62,578 bases of DNA from a candidate division TA06 bacterium ADurb.Bin131 (GTDB lineage Bacteria > Ratteibacteria > UBA8468 > B48-G9 > DTJG01), in the NCBI GenBank assembly GCA_002070645.1, contig MWDQ01000026.1, forward strand, positions 1 through 62,578, in the 5' to 3' direction. The stretch's first letter is position 1. Each line of letters opens with the position of its first letter. Below are positions 48,620-58,493 of this stretch, in pieces. Both the position numbers and the translations under genes were made by a program. The notes below the pieces were generated by a model. It was not told the origin of the DNA, made no database searches, and worked only from the letters and a program-made list of their open reading frames with translations.

Positions 48620-49631
48620 AAGAGCACAGAACCTGATTTTTTTTCATGAAGAAACCCTTCTGAAAAAAGCATGGACAATCTTGTTTCTGCCAATCTCTTT
48701 ATTCTGGCTTTTAGGTTGTTATATCAAAATTATACTCAGCAGGAAGAAAGAATTTGACATACCCATTATATCTATTGGAAATATAGAAGCAGGCGGAACA
48801 GGCAAAACACCACTGACAATTGAGATTGCAAAAATTATAAAAGATGTAAAAACAAGAATATCAATTATATGTTATACAGCAAATAGAAAATATCCAGACG
48901 AATCCATCCTTATCTCGAGAACAATTAAACAAACAACAATATATCAGGGGAAAAATCGTAGAAAATTAATTGATATCGCTATAGAAAACAATCCTGATAT
49001 TATTATTATTGACGACGGATTTCAATACTTTGATATTGCCAATAAGATTGATATCATTTTATTAGATCCTGAGACTCCATTAAACTTGCTGATACCTTCT
49101 GGAAGGATGCGTTTTCCTTCGTGGTTCTTAAAATATGCCGATGCAATAGTTATCAAGCAAACCAAAAAAAATATGAGATTTTACAAAGATTTCCTGAAAA
49201 AGATAGAGGCATATCATAAACCTATCTTTTTTGCTCAATACCATATAAAAGAAGTCATTGATTTACAAAATAATAAGATTCCTGTTGCTATGCTCAAAAA
49301 TAAAAATGTCATTGCATTTTGTGGAATCGCAAAGCCGAAAAGTTTTATTGAAACAATCTCTGAAACCGGCGTACATAAGATCTATGCTATCTGGTATCCT
49401 GATCATTTCGTATATCATCAATCAGATATCAATGAAATTGAAAATCTTTTCAAAAATACCAAAGCAGACCTTATTTTAACTACTGAAAAGGATATGGTTA
49501 AAATCAGAGAATTTAATATTGATTTTCCGGTTTATAGCCTTAATATAGAGATGGATGTAGAACCATATGATAAATTTAAATCATGGATTATGAATAAGAT
49601 TTTTCCACCTTCTAATTTTTCAAAAATTTGA
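48531..49631 (+). CDS. lpxK: Tetraacyldisaccharide 4'-kinase
   Basis: ISIGNIEAGGTGKTP (P-loop) and IIIDDGFQ are present. The start is uncertain: the ORF overlaps the previous gene by up to 89 nt, ATG 48546 is possible, and there is no in-frame ATG after 48619. Confidence 0.8.
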   Translation: MLFLDMTVNLEQLKSILYFPKIRSSRPFSKRAQNLIFFHEETLLKKAWTILFLPISLFWLLGCYIKIILSRKKEFDIPIISIGNIEAGGTGKTPLTIEIAKIIKDVKTRISIICYTANRKYPDESILISRTIKQTTIYQGKNRRKLIDIAIENNPDIIIIDDGFQYFDIANKIDIILLDPETPLNLLIPSGRMRFPSWFLKYADAIVIKQTKKNMRFYKDFLKKIEAYHKPIFFAQYHIKEVIDLQNNKIPVAMLKNKNVIAFCGIAKPKSFIETISETGVHKIYAIWYPDHFVYHQSDINEIENLFKNTKADLILTTEKDMVKIREFNIDFPVYSLNIEMDVEPYDKFKSWIMNKIFPPSNFSKI

Positions 49632-49645
49632 AGATTTGAAATATT

Positions 49646-50614
49646 GTGGTAAAATTGCATAAAATGGAACGATTTGAGCCCAGAAAGTTCATAACGAAAA
49701 AGACACAAGCACTTCATTCGTTTGCCAGCGAAAAAGGAATTATTGTTGCTGTATCCGGTGGCATAGATAGTATTGTTTGTTTTGAAATTGCTCTCGCTGC
49801 AACCGCAAAATCAAATGAGAAACCCATTCCTCTTATGCTCGAGACAGGACTGCTAAGGGTTAATGAAGTTAAAGAAACAGAAGAATATTTCAGAAAGCAA
49901 TATGGCATTGAACTACAAAAATGGGAGGTTCAGGACAGATTTCTTCTGGCACTAAAAGGAATAAGCACGCCTGAAGAGAAAAGAAAGACATTCAGGGAAG
50001 TTTTTTATAAAACGATGGGGCAGGCATTAAGAAGTTATTCAGCAGAGGTTCTTGTACAGGGAACAATTCTTCCAGATGTTATCGAAACTCAAAGAGGAAT
50101 AAAAATCCATTTCAATGTTCTTCAGGAAGCAGGAATTGACCCTCAGAATTATGGTATTCTTCTTTTTGAGCCCATTAAAGAACTTACCAAAAGCAGAACT
50201 AAAATGCTCGCAAGGTCTTTTTCGCTTCCTCCAAAACTTCTCAAAACTCAGCCATTTCCTGGCATTGGTTTTGCCGCAAGGATTACTGGCGAAATTACAA
50301 TTGACCGAATAGAAAAAATCAGGGCAGCCACATCTATTGTAGAATCGGAACTGGCGGATCCGAAAATATTTCAGTGTTTCCCTGTACTGTTTATCGATAA
50401 GGTCACGGGCATTCAAAATGATACTGCTATTCTTGGAGATATCATTGCAATAAAAGCCGTTGAATCAAAAGATTCTCTTACGGCAAAACCCTTCAATATC
50501 CCATGGATGAAAATTGAAAAAATTACAAAAAGAATATTAAACGAGGTACCTGGGATCGTAAGGGTTGTCTATGACTTCACACCAAAACCGCCAGGAACAA
50601 TAGAATTCGTATAA
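49646..50614 (+). CDS. guaA: Stand-alone GMP synthase ATP-pyrophosphatase + dimerisation domains (no glutaminase domain)
   Basis: A PP-loop (VAVSGGIDS), QGTILPDVIE, PFPGIGFAARI, and a C-terminal VVYDFTPKPPGTIEF are present. The region equivalent to KSHHNVGGLP is divergent (IKIHFNVLQEAG). GTG start. Confidence 0.8.
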   Translation: MVKLHKMERFEPRKFITKKTQALHSFASEKGIIVAVSGGIDSIVCFEIALAATAKSNEKPIPLMLETGLLRVNEVKETEEYFRKQYGIELQKWEVQDRFLLALKGISTPEEKRKTFREVFYKTMGQALRSYSAEVLVQGTILPDVIETQRGIKIHFNVLQEAGIDPQNYGILLFEPIKELTKSRTKMLARSFSLPPKLLKTQPFPGIGFAARITGEITIDRIEKIRAATSIVESELADPKIFQCFPVLFIDKVTGIQNDTAILGDIIAIKAVESKDSLTAKPFNIPWMKIEKITKRILNEVPGIVRVVYDFTPKPPGTIEFV

Positions 50615-50659
50615 GATATACCCGGTACTTAATAAATCCAAAAACAAAATCTTTCTTTG

Positions 50660-52237
50660 ATGAAAAAATTCTCTGACGCAATAAAAATTGCAATACTCGG
50701 TAGCGGTCCAAACAGAATAGGACAGGGTATTGAATTTGATTATTGTTGTGTTCATGCATCCCTTGCCTTGAGAGAAGAAGGATATAAGAGTATTATGATA
50801 AATTGTAATCCTGAAACAGTGAGTACTGACTATGATACATCTAATACACTTTATTTTGAACCTCTTACAATCGAGGATGTCCTGAATATAATAGCAAAGG
50901 AAAGACCTTCTGGGGTAATTGTTCAATTTGGAGGACAAACGCCGCTTACCATTGCTTTGCCTCTCAAAATGGCAGGAATAAAAATACTCGGAACAACTCC
51001 GGAATCAATTGATATCGCAGAGGACAGGGAAAAATTTCAATTATTTTTGAAAAAATTTGGGCTTAAACAGGCGCCAGGTGGTATTGCATTTAACCCACAA
51101 CATGCAGCACAAATATCTGAAAACATCGGGTATCCAGTCCTTGTTCGACCATCCTATGTACTTGGTGGAAGGGCAATGGAAATTGTTTATGATAAAGATT
51201 CTCTTTACGAATTTGTAAGAACTGCGGTTGAAATATCGGGTAAAAAAGGAGTCCTAATAGACAAGTTTCTCGAAGACGCAATTGAGGTAGATGTCGATGC
51301 CATATGTGATGGAGAAACATGTGTTATTGGGGGAGTTCTCGAACATATTGAAGAAGCAGGAATCCATTCTGGAGATAGTGCCATGATCATGCCGCCATAT
51401 AGTCTGAGCCCTGATATTATTAAAGAAATAAAAACGCAAACAAAAAAAATTGCTATTGCTCTTGAAGTAAAAGGACTTATAAATATTCAGTTTGCTGTAA
51501 AAAACAAAGATATCTATATCCTCGAGGTTAATCCGAGAGCTTCCAGAAGTATCCCCTTCGTTAGCAAGGCAATCAATATACCCCTTGCAAAATTAGCAAC
51601 AAAAATAATGGTTGGTTTTAATCTCAAACAAATCCACTTTACTGAAGAAATCACCCCTGGATATTTTTGCGCTAAAGAATCAGTATTCCCTTTTAATAGA
51701 TTTCCTGGCACTGACTGTGTACTCGGCCCGGAAATGAAATCTACAGGCGAGGTTATGGGCATTGACGAATCCTTCGAAATGGCCTATGCAAAAAGTCAGA
51801 TAGCCGCTGGACAAAGATTACCCCTAAAAGGAAACATATTCATAAGTGTTAGAGATCGCGACAAACCTGCCATAGTAGACATCGCCAAAGATTTTCAGCA
51901 AATGGGATTCACACTACTGACAAGTACAGGAACAGGTAAATTTCTGAGTGAAAGAGAAATCAATGTTATTGTAATACAAAAAATATCAGAGGGAAGACCG
52001 AATATAATTGACTATATAAAAAATAGACAGGTTTCACTTATTATAAACACGCCTTCCGGAAAAAAACCAAGAAGGGATATACTTTCGACACGACGCTTTG
52101 CCGTTGAACATGGAATTCCCTTAATAACAACCATATCAGGTGCAAGAGCAACAAAGATGGCAATTAAAAAGCTAAAAACAAACACGTTGACAGTTTCAAG
52201 TTTGCAAACATATTATTCACAGTTTGAGACAAAATGA
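50660..52237 (+). CDS. carB: Carbamoyl-phosphate synthase large subunit, C-terminal half only (second ATP-grasp + MGS-like allosteric domain)
   Basis: GSGPNRIGQGIEFDYCCVHASLALREEGYKSIMINCNPETVSTDYDTSNTLYFEPLT matches the start of the second CarB repeat (about residue 560 in E. coli). The ORF is 525 aa versus ~1070 for full-length CarB. I see no obvious SD sequence. Confidence 0.88.
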   Translation: MKKFSDAIKIAILGSGPNRIGQGIEFDYCCVHASLALREEGYKSIMINCNPETVSTDYDTSNTLYFEPLTIEDVLNIIAKERPSGVIVQFGGQTPLTIALPLKMAGIKILGTTPESIDIAEDREKFQLFLKKFGLKQAPGGIAFNPQHAAQISENIGYPVLVRPSYVLGGRAMEIVYDKDSLYEFVRTAVEISGKKGVLIDKFLEDAIEVDVDAICDGETCVIGGVLEHIEEAGIHSGDSAMIMPPYSLSPDIIKEIKTQTKKIAIALEVKGLINIQFAVKNKDIYILEVNPRASRSIPFVSKAINIPLAKLATKIMVGFNLKQIHFTEEITPGYFCAKESVFPFNRFPGTDCVLGPEMKSTGEVMGIDESFEMAYAKSQIAAGQRLPLKGNIFISVRDRDKPAIVDIAKDFQQMGFTLLTSTGTGKFLSEREINVIVIQKISEGRPNIIDYIKNRQVSLIINTPSGKKPRRDILSTRRFAVEHGIPLITTISGARATKMAIKKLKTNTLTVSSLQTYYSQFETK

Positions 52238-52836
52238 CAGGAATTATACACTACGGTGCAGGAAACATCTTCAGTATTATAAATTGTCTTGATAGATGCG
52301 GAGAAAGGGTTCTTATGATATCACACCCAGATAGATTAAAAAAGGTAGAAAGAATAGTGTTGCCAGGGGTTGGCGCTTTTGACAGAGGAATAGAGTATCT
52401 TAAAAAAACCTGCCTCTACCAAGCGATTAAAGACGAATCAGAGAAAGGTAAACCAATACTTGGGATATGTCTTGGTCTTCAAATGTTTTTTGAAGAAAGC
52501 GAGGAAGGAAAACAAAATGGTTTAGGATTACTTCCAGGATTTGTAAGAAAATTTCCAAAAGAGATAAAATTTCCTGTGCCCCATATGGGATGGAACACTG
52601 TTAGGTTTTATAGAAATTCGAGAATTTCCAATAAGATCCCCGCAAAATCTTCGTTTTATTTTGCACACTCATTTTATGCCATACCACAGGATAAAAAAAT
52701 TATATCAGGGACAACTACATATGGAATAAAGTTTGCATCTGTGGTTGAAAAAAATAATATCATTGGTGTACAGTTTCATCCAGAAAAAAGCGCAAAAAAC
52801 GGATTTATCCTTATTCAAAATTTCCTGAAGATATAA
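52234..52836 (+). CDS. hisH: Imidazole glycerol phosphate synthase, glutaminase subunit
   Basis: A class-I GATase with GICLGLQM (catalytic Cys) and GVQFHPEKS. The start overlaps the carB-half stop (ATGA). Confidence 0.9.
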   Translation: MTGIIHYGAGNIFSIINCLDRCGERVLMISHPDRLKKVERIVLPGVGAFDRGIEYLKKTCLYQAIKDESEKGKPILGICLGLQMFFEESEEGKQNGLGLLPGFVRKFPKEIKFPVPHMGWNTVRFYRNSRISNKIPAKSSFYFAHSFYAIPQDKKIISGTTTYGIKFASVVEKNNIIGVQFHPEKSAKNGFILIQNFLKI

Positions 52837-52839
52837 AAG

Positions 52840-53622
52840 ATGCTTACGAAAAGAATTATCCCATGTCTGGACGTTAAAAATGGAAAGGTTGTAAAAGGAA
52901 TTCATTTTGAGAACTTAAAAGACGCAGGAGACCCGGTAATACAAGCGAAATATTACAGTGATGAGGGCGCAGACGAATTAGTATTCCTTGATATCAGCGC
53001 AACAATCGAAAAAAGAAAGACAATAAAAAATCTTGTCAGAGATGTTGCCAGTAATATTTCAATACCATTTACAGTAGGTGGTGGTATAGGTTCAATTAAA
53101 GATATTCTTATCCTTCTTGAAAATGGCGCAGATAAAGTTTCCATTAACACATGCGCAATAAAAAATCCTGATATTATATATAACGGGGCAAAAATGTTCG
53201 GTAGCCAGTGTATTGTTATTGCAATAGATGCAAAAAGAATTGCAAAAAAAACATGGCAGGTTTATATTGAATCAGGAAAAATTCCAACAGGTATTGATGT
53301 TAAAAATTGGGCGAAAAAGGTCGAAGAACTTGGTGCAGGAGAAATTCTTCTGACAAGCATAGATGCAGATGGTACCATGAACGGGTACGATATAGAATTA
53401 ATGAGATGTATAACCAAAATTGTAAAAATTCCTGTTATAGCATCTGGCGGAGCCGGGAAACTTCAACATCTCTATGACGTATTAACGTTGGGCAATGCTT
53501 CCGCAGTACTTCTGGCATCTCTGCTTCACTATAGAATGCTTACAATAAAAGATATAAAGAATTTCCTTTTTAGAAAGAAAATTCCTGTAAGATTAGAAAA
53601 AAATGAAAATACTTGTTCTTGA
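52840..53622 (+). CDS. hisF: Imidazole glycerol phosphate synthase, cyclase subunit
   Basis: KRIIPCLDV, ADELVFLDI, VGGGI and ASGGAG are present. Confidence 0.95.
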   Translation: MLTKRIIPCLDVKNGKVVKGIHFENLKDAGDPVIQAKYYSDEGADELVFLDISATIEKRKTIKNLVRDVASNISIPFTVGGGIGSIKDILILLENGADKVSINTCAIKNPDIIYNGAKMFGSQCIVIAIDAKRIAKKTWQVYIESGKIPTGIDVKNWAKKVEELGAGEILLTSIDADGTMNGYDIELMRCITKIVKIPVIASGGAGKLQHLYDVLTLGNASAVLLASLLHYRMLTIKDIKNFLFRKKIPVRLEKNENTCS

Positions 53623-54679
53623 TGATGGTATAGCAGGTAATACCACTCAATCTATTGGAATAGTAGAAGCACTGAACTGGGGATATGACCTATTCCCAGT
53701 AAAATTAAAAGGCCCGTCATATCGATTACCCGACAGAAAAGGATCAGTAAAACTTATTTCAAAAATCATCGGGTTGTTACTGATTCTTAAACTTTATAAT
53801 CTCTCATATAAGATTTTCTGCACGTTTTCTATAAAGAGACCACCCAAACAGGACTTTAATGCTGTGATTTCAACAGGATCTTATCTTGCACCAATAAATT
53901 TAGCCATTTCAAAAAAATTTGGAATAAAGTCAATATGTATTATGACCCCTGAGAACGTTCCGCTTAAAGAATTTAATCTTCTGATAGTGCCATCGCATGA
54001 TATGCTAAGATATAAACAACTTAAAAAACTAAAAAACGTTGTTGTAACAACCTGCGCACCAAATCGTATTACTGAGGAAAAACTCACACAAGGTAAAGAA
54101 AAAATATTAAGAATAATCAACAGTCCTGATACAGATTTGAAAATAGGCCTCATCATAGGAGGAAATGATCAGAATTATTTTATAGATAAACCATGGGCTG
54201 AAAAACTTCTTAAAATACTACACAACATGGCAATTCAAAAAAAAATCTCTTGTTTTTTAACAACATCGAGAAGAACCCCAGAAGATGTTGTACAATTTTT
54301 TCTTGAAAACACATCTGATTCATTATTCGTTTACAGAGAATTTGTTGGAATAAACAAAACCTCCAATTATTTTGGAATTCTCGGAATATGTGATATCCTT
54401 CTTGTAACAGAAGATAGTGTCACAATGATATCAGAAGCGTGTTCTACGGGAAAGCCAGTAATCATTCTTGGTTCAAAAAGGAAAAAGAAAAAAATTGTGT
54501 TTGATACAACAATTAAAAATCTTATCAAGGACAACTATTGTTTTTATGTATCTGTTGAAGAATTTGATAAATTACCTTGTGTAATTGTTAAATCACTTAA
54601 ACATAACTTTTCAATTCTAAAAGACACAGAAAAATGCGCATTAAAAATAATGGAAATGTTGAGTACAAAAAAATCTTGA
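53603..54679 (+). CDS. ELM1/DUF1022-like predicted glycosyltransferase-fold protein
   Basis: The N-terminus MKILVLDDGIAGNTTQSIGIVEAL and the later VTEDSVTMISEA resemble the bacterial 'mitochondrial fission ELM1' family. The assignment is from recall only. Confidence 0.6.
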   Translation: MKILVLDDGIAGNTTQSIGIVEALNWGYDLFPVKLKGPSYRLPDRKGSVKLISKIIGLLLILKLYNLSYKIFCTFSIKRPPKQDFNAVISTGSYLAPINLAISKKFGIKSICIMTPENVPLKEFNLLIVPSHDMLRYKQLKKLKNVVVTTCAPNRITEEKLTQGKEKILRIINSPDTDLKIGLIIGGNDQNYFIDKPWAEKLLKILHNMAIQKKISCFLTTSRRTPEDVVQFFLENTSDSLFVYREFVGINKTSNYFGILGICDILLVTEDSVTMISEACSTGKPVIILGSKRKKKKIVFDTTIKNLIKDNYCFYVSVEEFDKLPCVIVKSLKHNFSILKDTEKCALKIMEMLSTKKS

Positions 54680-55641
54680 TTGTCGGGACACTGGAACCTG
54701 AAGCAAACTTTTTACTGATTCCAGCAATCCGTCTTATAAGAGAAAAAAATAAGAATTCAAAGATCGATATTATTGCAGGCAGTGGTGCAGAAAAAATTCT
54801 CGCTGATATTGGGTGGTTTGAAAAAATCATTCCATATAAAAAAACGCCCATATTAAAAAATATCCATTCCATACGTTCCCAGAGATACAATCTCGTTATC
54901 TCCTTTTATCCATCACTGATACCATTTTTTACGAGAGCAAGAAAACGGATCGTTTTCTTCAGAAGGATAATGTTTGCGGATCATTTTTTTACCCATGAAA
55001 GTGTAAATATATTAAGAATGATTGAACCAATTTTTGGGAAATCACAGGACACAGGTTTATATTTTCCAATCAATGAAACCGACAAAGAAAGAGTAAAGGA
55101 ATTTTGTAAGATCAATAACATAACAGGATCAACTACTTTGATAGCATTACATGCAGGCAGTGCCAACAATAGGTGGAAGGCAGAAAATTATTCAATTGTC
55201 TGTGATTCTATTATAGAAGAATATAATGCAAAGATTTTATTCTTTGGAGCACAGAAAGATTCTTTTATTAAAGAGGTTATAGATTTCATGAAGCATCCAG
55301 ATAATATCTTTGATATGTCCAGCATATCCCACATAAAAACAATAGCGGCCTTTTTATCAAGAGCAAATCTTGCTATAACCAGGGATGGAATCTTTTTGTA
55401 TCTCGCATGTGCAATGAAAACACCTGTTATTTCAATCTTTGGCGCAGGAAATCCATACAGATATGGTCCTATAGGAGTTCGCTATATAATAGTTCATACT
55501 GATATGGACTGTTTTCCCTGCAATAATAAACAACGTTGCAAGAAAAACTGTGTGTGCATCGATAGTATAAGTCCGCAACAAGTAATTGAAGCAGCCCGCC
55601 TCATTCTTGATGAAGGTAGACAACTCTTTCTCTTTGAATAA
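54634..55641 (+). CDS. Glycosyltransferase family 9 (LPS heptosyltransferase-like)
   Basis: KKILIVGT...; LHAGSANNRWKAENY; and a C-terminal Cys-rich CFPC...C..C..SISPQQV typical of RfaF/RfaC-like enzymes. The start is uncertain (46-nt overlap with the upstream gene). Confidence 0.8.
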   Translation: MRIKNNGNVEYKKILIVGTLEPEANFLLIPAIRLIREKNKNSKIDIIAGSGAEKILADIGWFEKIIPYKKTPILKNIHSIRSQRYNLVISFYPSLIPFFTRARKRIVFFRRIMFADHFFTHESVNILRMIEPIFGKSQDTGLYFPINETDKERVKEFCKINNITGSTTLIALHAGSANNRWKAENYSIVCDSIIEEYNAKILFFGAQKDSFIKEVIDFMKHPDNIFDMSSISHIKTIAAFLSRANLAITRDGIFLYLACAMKTPVISIFGAGNPYRYGPIGVRYIIVHTDMDCFPCNNKQRCKKNCVCIDSISPQQVIEAARLILDEGRQLFLFE

Positions 55642-55642
55642 A

Positions 55643-56734
55643 ATGAAGGTTTTTCTGATGTTACCTGAAATGGATATTGGCGGGGTAGAAGAGGGAACTT
55701 ATGACCTTGCCTGTGGAATGAAAAAACTCGGAGTTAATATTACAGTTATCTCTGGACCTGGAAGATATATTCCCCTTTTAGAAAAAGAGCAGATAAAATG
55801 GATTAACCTGCCAACAAGTCAAAAAACACTACGGGTTTTTTTTGATTCGACGAGAAAATTAAAACAGATTATTGAACAAGAAAAACCAGATATTCTTCAT
55901 TGTAGAAGTAGATTCCCTGCATGGATCGCTCACCATGCCTTAAAAAATAATTCCCGAACAAGATTTGTTACCAGCATCCATGGTTACCTAAAATTCCCTC
56001 CTTACAGTAAAATCATTGGTAGAGGTGAAAGGGTTATTGCAATCAGTGACGCACTCGCTGAATTTGTTATTAAAAAACTCGGAGCAACCCCTGAAAATGT
56101 GCGTGTAATACACAATGGAATAAGGTTTCATCCATATGTAAATCTTAAAAAACAAAAACACTCAGGTTTTGTTATAGGTGGTATTGGAAGATTAACAAAG
56201 ATTAAAGGATTTCAGAACTTGATTCAAGCAGTATCAGAGGTTAAAAAAAACGAATCGAACATAACTTTGTATATTGTCGGAGACGGTCCATACAGAAAAA
56301 ATCTTGAGATCCTTGATAAAAAACTTGACGTAAAAACAAACTTTTTGACTGGGCGCGCCTCTGAATTTCTACCTCAGATGGATCTTCTTGTTGCTCCGCA
56401 TATAGAAACAGAACCTTTTATAAAAGGTAAAATTCCATGGCTTGGGAGAAGCGTCTATGAATCTCAACTATCAGGCATTCCTGTAATAACCACTTTGCGT
56501 GGCATACAGAAAACAAACTTTATCAAAACAGACACAGCACTTATCGTCCCGCCTGCAGATATTACTGCATTGACCCATGCAATAAAATACGCATTAAACA
56601 ATCCTGAGGAAATGTTAAAGATTGCAGAAAATGGGAAAAGATTTGTTTTGAGTCATTTTTCAGTTGAGGGTATGGTAAATAAAACATTAAAGGTTTATGA
56701 GGAACTTTTGTTGGATAATCCGGGAAAAGCATGA
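55643..56734 (+). CDS. Glycosyltransferase family 4 (GT-B, RfaG-like)
   Basis: MKVFLMLPEMDIGGVEEG..., and the C-terminal half carries an EX7E-like region (PHIETEPF...ESQLSGIPVI). ATG 55643 lies 1 nt after the previous stop. Confidence 0.8.
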   Translation: MKVFLMLPEMDIGGVEEGTYDLACGMKKLGVNITVISGPGRYIPLLEKEQIKWINLPTSQKTLRVFFDSTRKLKQIIEQEKPDILHCRSRFPAWIAHHALKNNSRTRFVTSIHGYLKFPPYSKIIGRGERVIAISDALAEFVIKKLGATPENVRVIHNGIRFHPYVNLKKQKHSGFVIGGIGRLTKIKGFQNLIQAVSEVKKNESNITLYIVGDGPYRKNLEILDKKLDVKTNFLTGRASEFLPQMDLLVAPHIETEPFIKGKIPWLGRSVYESQLSGIPVITTLRGIQKTNFIKTDTALIVPPADITALTHAIKYALNNPEEMLKIAENGKRFVLSHFSVEGMVNKTLKVYEELLLDNPGKA

Positions 56735-57729
56735 ATAAAAAACAAAAAATATTACTGATAAAAACAGGCGCACTCGGAGATATGATACTTTTCTCTTTTT
56801 CAATTAATGTTGCATCCAGAGCATATAAAAATGCTGATATTTACCTTCTTACATCTAAACAGTATGTAGAAATCTACCAGGGGTGCAACCTTATTAAACA
56901 AATTTTTGCCATGCCAGAAGGAAGAAATATTTTTCATCTATTCAATATCGCAAAGGAAATAAGAAAAATGCGATTTCAGAAAATTTTTGATTTGCAGGGA
57001 AATTTAAAAACAAACTTTTACACTTTCTTGTTTCGAGGAAAAGAAAGAATCGGGCTGTATAAAAAATCATCTGGAAAAATTTTTCTGACAAAGTCAGTTA
57101 AAAAAAAATATGGCATCAATCCAGTTGATCATCAAAAAATGTTCTGGAATAAAACCATTGGAGTGAAAATAGAAGGAGAACTTCAATTATGGATACCTGA
57201 AGAAAAAAAACAGGGTTTTTCTCATTTTTTCAAAAAATATGGGCTTCTGCCAAAAAACTATGTAGTATTCCATCCATCCGCATCAATTGAGTGGAAAACA
57301 AAGAAATGGATACCCGAATACTGGGCACGTCTCGGTGAATTCTTCTCACAAAAAAATCTTCCAGTTGTTTTTATTGGAGATAAAAATTCAGTTGGTATAA
57401 ATGAACAAATAATAAAACTCATGAAAGGAAAATCTATAAATATCGCGGGGAAAACAGATTTCTTTAAACTTGCCCTTGTCATTCAACAATCAAAAATGTG
57501 TATAACAACTGATAGTGGACCAATGCATATAGGATCTGCATCTAAAACAGATACTATAGCAATTTTTGGTCCAACAAACCCAAACTGGCACGCTGCCCCT
57601 GGTGTAAAAACCATTAAAAGTAAAATCAACTGCAGCCCCTGCTACAAAAAAAGGTGCACACATTATTCTTGCATGAAGTCAATCACCCCGGAGAAAATTC
57701 TTGATTTAATTGAGATTGAAAATCAATAA
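56731..57729 (+). CDS. Glycosyltransferase family 9 (LPS heptosyltransferase-like), second copy
   Basis: KILLIKTGALGD, FHPSASIEWKTKKW, TDSGPMHI and CSPCYKKRC...CM are present. Confidence 0.8.
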   Translation: MNKKQKILLIKTGALGDMILFSFSINVASRAYKNADIYLLTSKQYVEIYQGCNLIKQIFAMPEGRNIFHLFNIAKEIRKMRFQKIFDLQGNLKTNFYTFLFRGKERIGLYKKSSGKIFLTKSVKKKYGINPVDHQKMFWNKTIGVKIEGELQLWIPEEKKQGFSHFFKKYGLLPKNYVVFHPSASIEWKTKKWIPEYWARLGEFFSQKNLPVVFIGDKNSVGINEQIIKLMKGKSINIAGKTDFFKLALVIQQSKMCITTDSGPMHIGSASKTDTIAIFGPTNPNWHAAPGVKTIKSKINCSPCYKKRCTHYSCMKSITPEKILDLIEIENQ

Positions 57730-57749
57730 ATTAGTGATATAATTAATCG

Positions 57750-58493
57750 ATGAATAAAAAAATTGTGGGCATTATCCTTGCAGGTGGCAGAAGTTCCAGA
57801 TATGCGAAAAAGTATCATAAATTTCTGGATAATTTCTCAGGAAAACCTATGATTGTCAGAACACTTGAGGCAATAGCACCTGTTGTTGATCAAATCGTAG
57901 TTGTTACCGGAACAGATAACTCAGAAATAAAACAAACTCTGAAGGAATTTCAAAACATACAATATGCTATACAAAAGCAACCACTTGGGACAGGCCATGC
58001 TCTTTTATCAACGGATTATTTGTTTGAAAACGCAGATTTCACCCTTATTGTAAGTTATGCAGACAAACCCCTTGTAACAACCAGAACATTTAAGTTACTT
58101 GTCGACCAACACATTAAAAACTGTGCAGAGATTACGATTGCAACTGCTTTACTTCCAATACCTGGAAGTAAAGGAAGAATTATAAGAAAAAACGGAAAAT
58201 TTGTAGATGTAGTAGAAACAAAAGATGCTGATTCAGAAATCCTGAAAATAAATGAGGTAAATGCTGGGTTTATTGTTTGTGAAACACGTTCAATATATAA
58301 AGAACTAAGAAAAATAAACAATAATAATGCAACAAATGAATATTATCTCACTGCTGTGTACGCAGAGTATATAAAAGATGGATTCAATATTAATACTGTT
58401 GAAATTCCGCCAGAAGAAAGTTGTGATATAAACACAATCTCTGAATTAAAAAATATCGATCAATGGATAATGACCGTGAGAGGGGACAAATGA
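57750..58493 (+). CDS. Sugar-phosphate nucleotidyltransferase (GlmU N-terminal-domain-like)
   Basis: GIILAGGRSSR and QKQPLGTGHAL are present. It is 247 aa with no acetyltransferase domain. Confidence 0.75.
   Translation: MNKKIVGIILAGGRSSRYAKKYHKFLDNFSGKPMIVRTLEAIAPVVDQIVVVTGTDNSEIKQTLKEFQNIQYAIQKQPLGTGHALLSTDYLFENADFTLIVSYADKPLVTTRTFKLLVDQHIKNCAEITIATALLPIPGSKGRIIRKNGKFVDVVETKDADSEILKINEVNAGFIVCETRSIYKELRKINNNNATNEYYLTAVYAEYIKDGFNINTVEIPPEESCDINTISELKNIDQWIMTVRGDK

Noticed and set aside
50660-52237. carB as a 5'-truncated pseudogene
   Set aside because: The ORF begins at the internal-repeat boundary and is intact through the allosteric domain. It is translationally coupled to hisH, and split carB genes are established in Aquifex and Methanocaldococcus. 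I keep the caveat that no SD sequence is visible.
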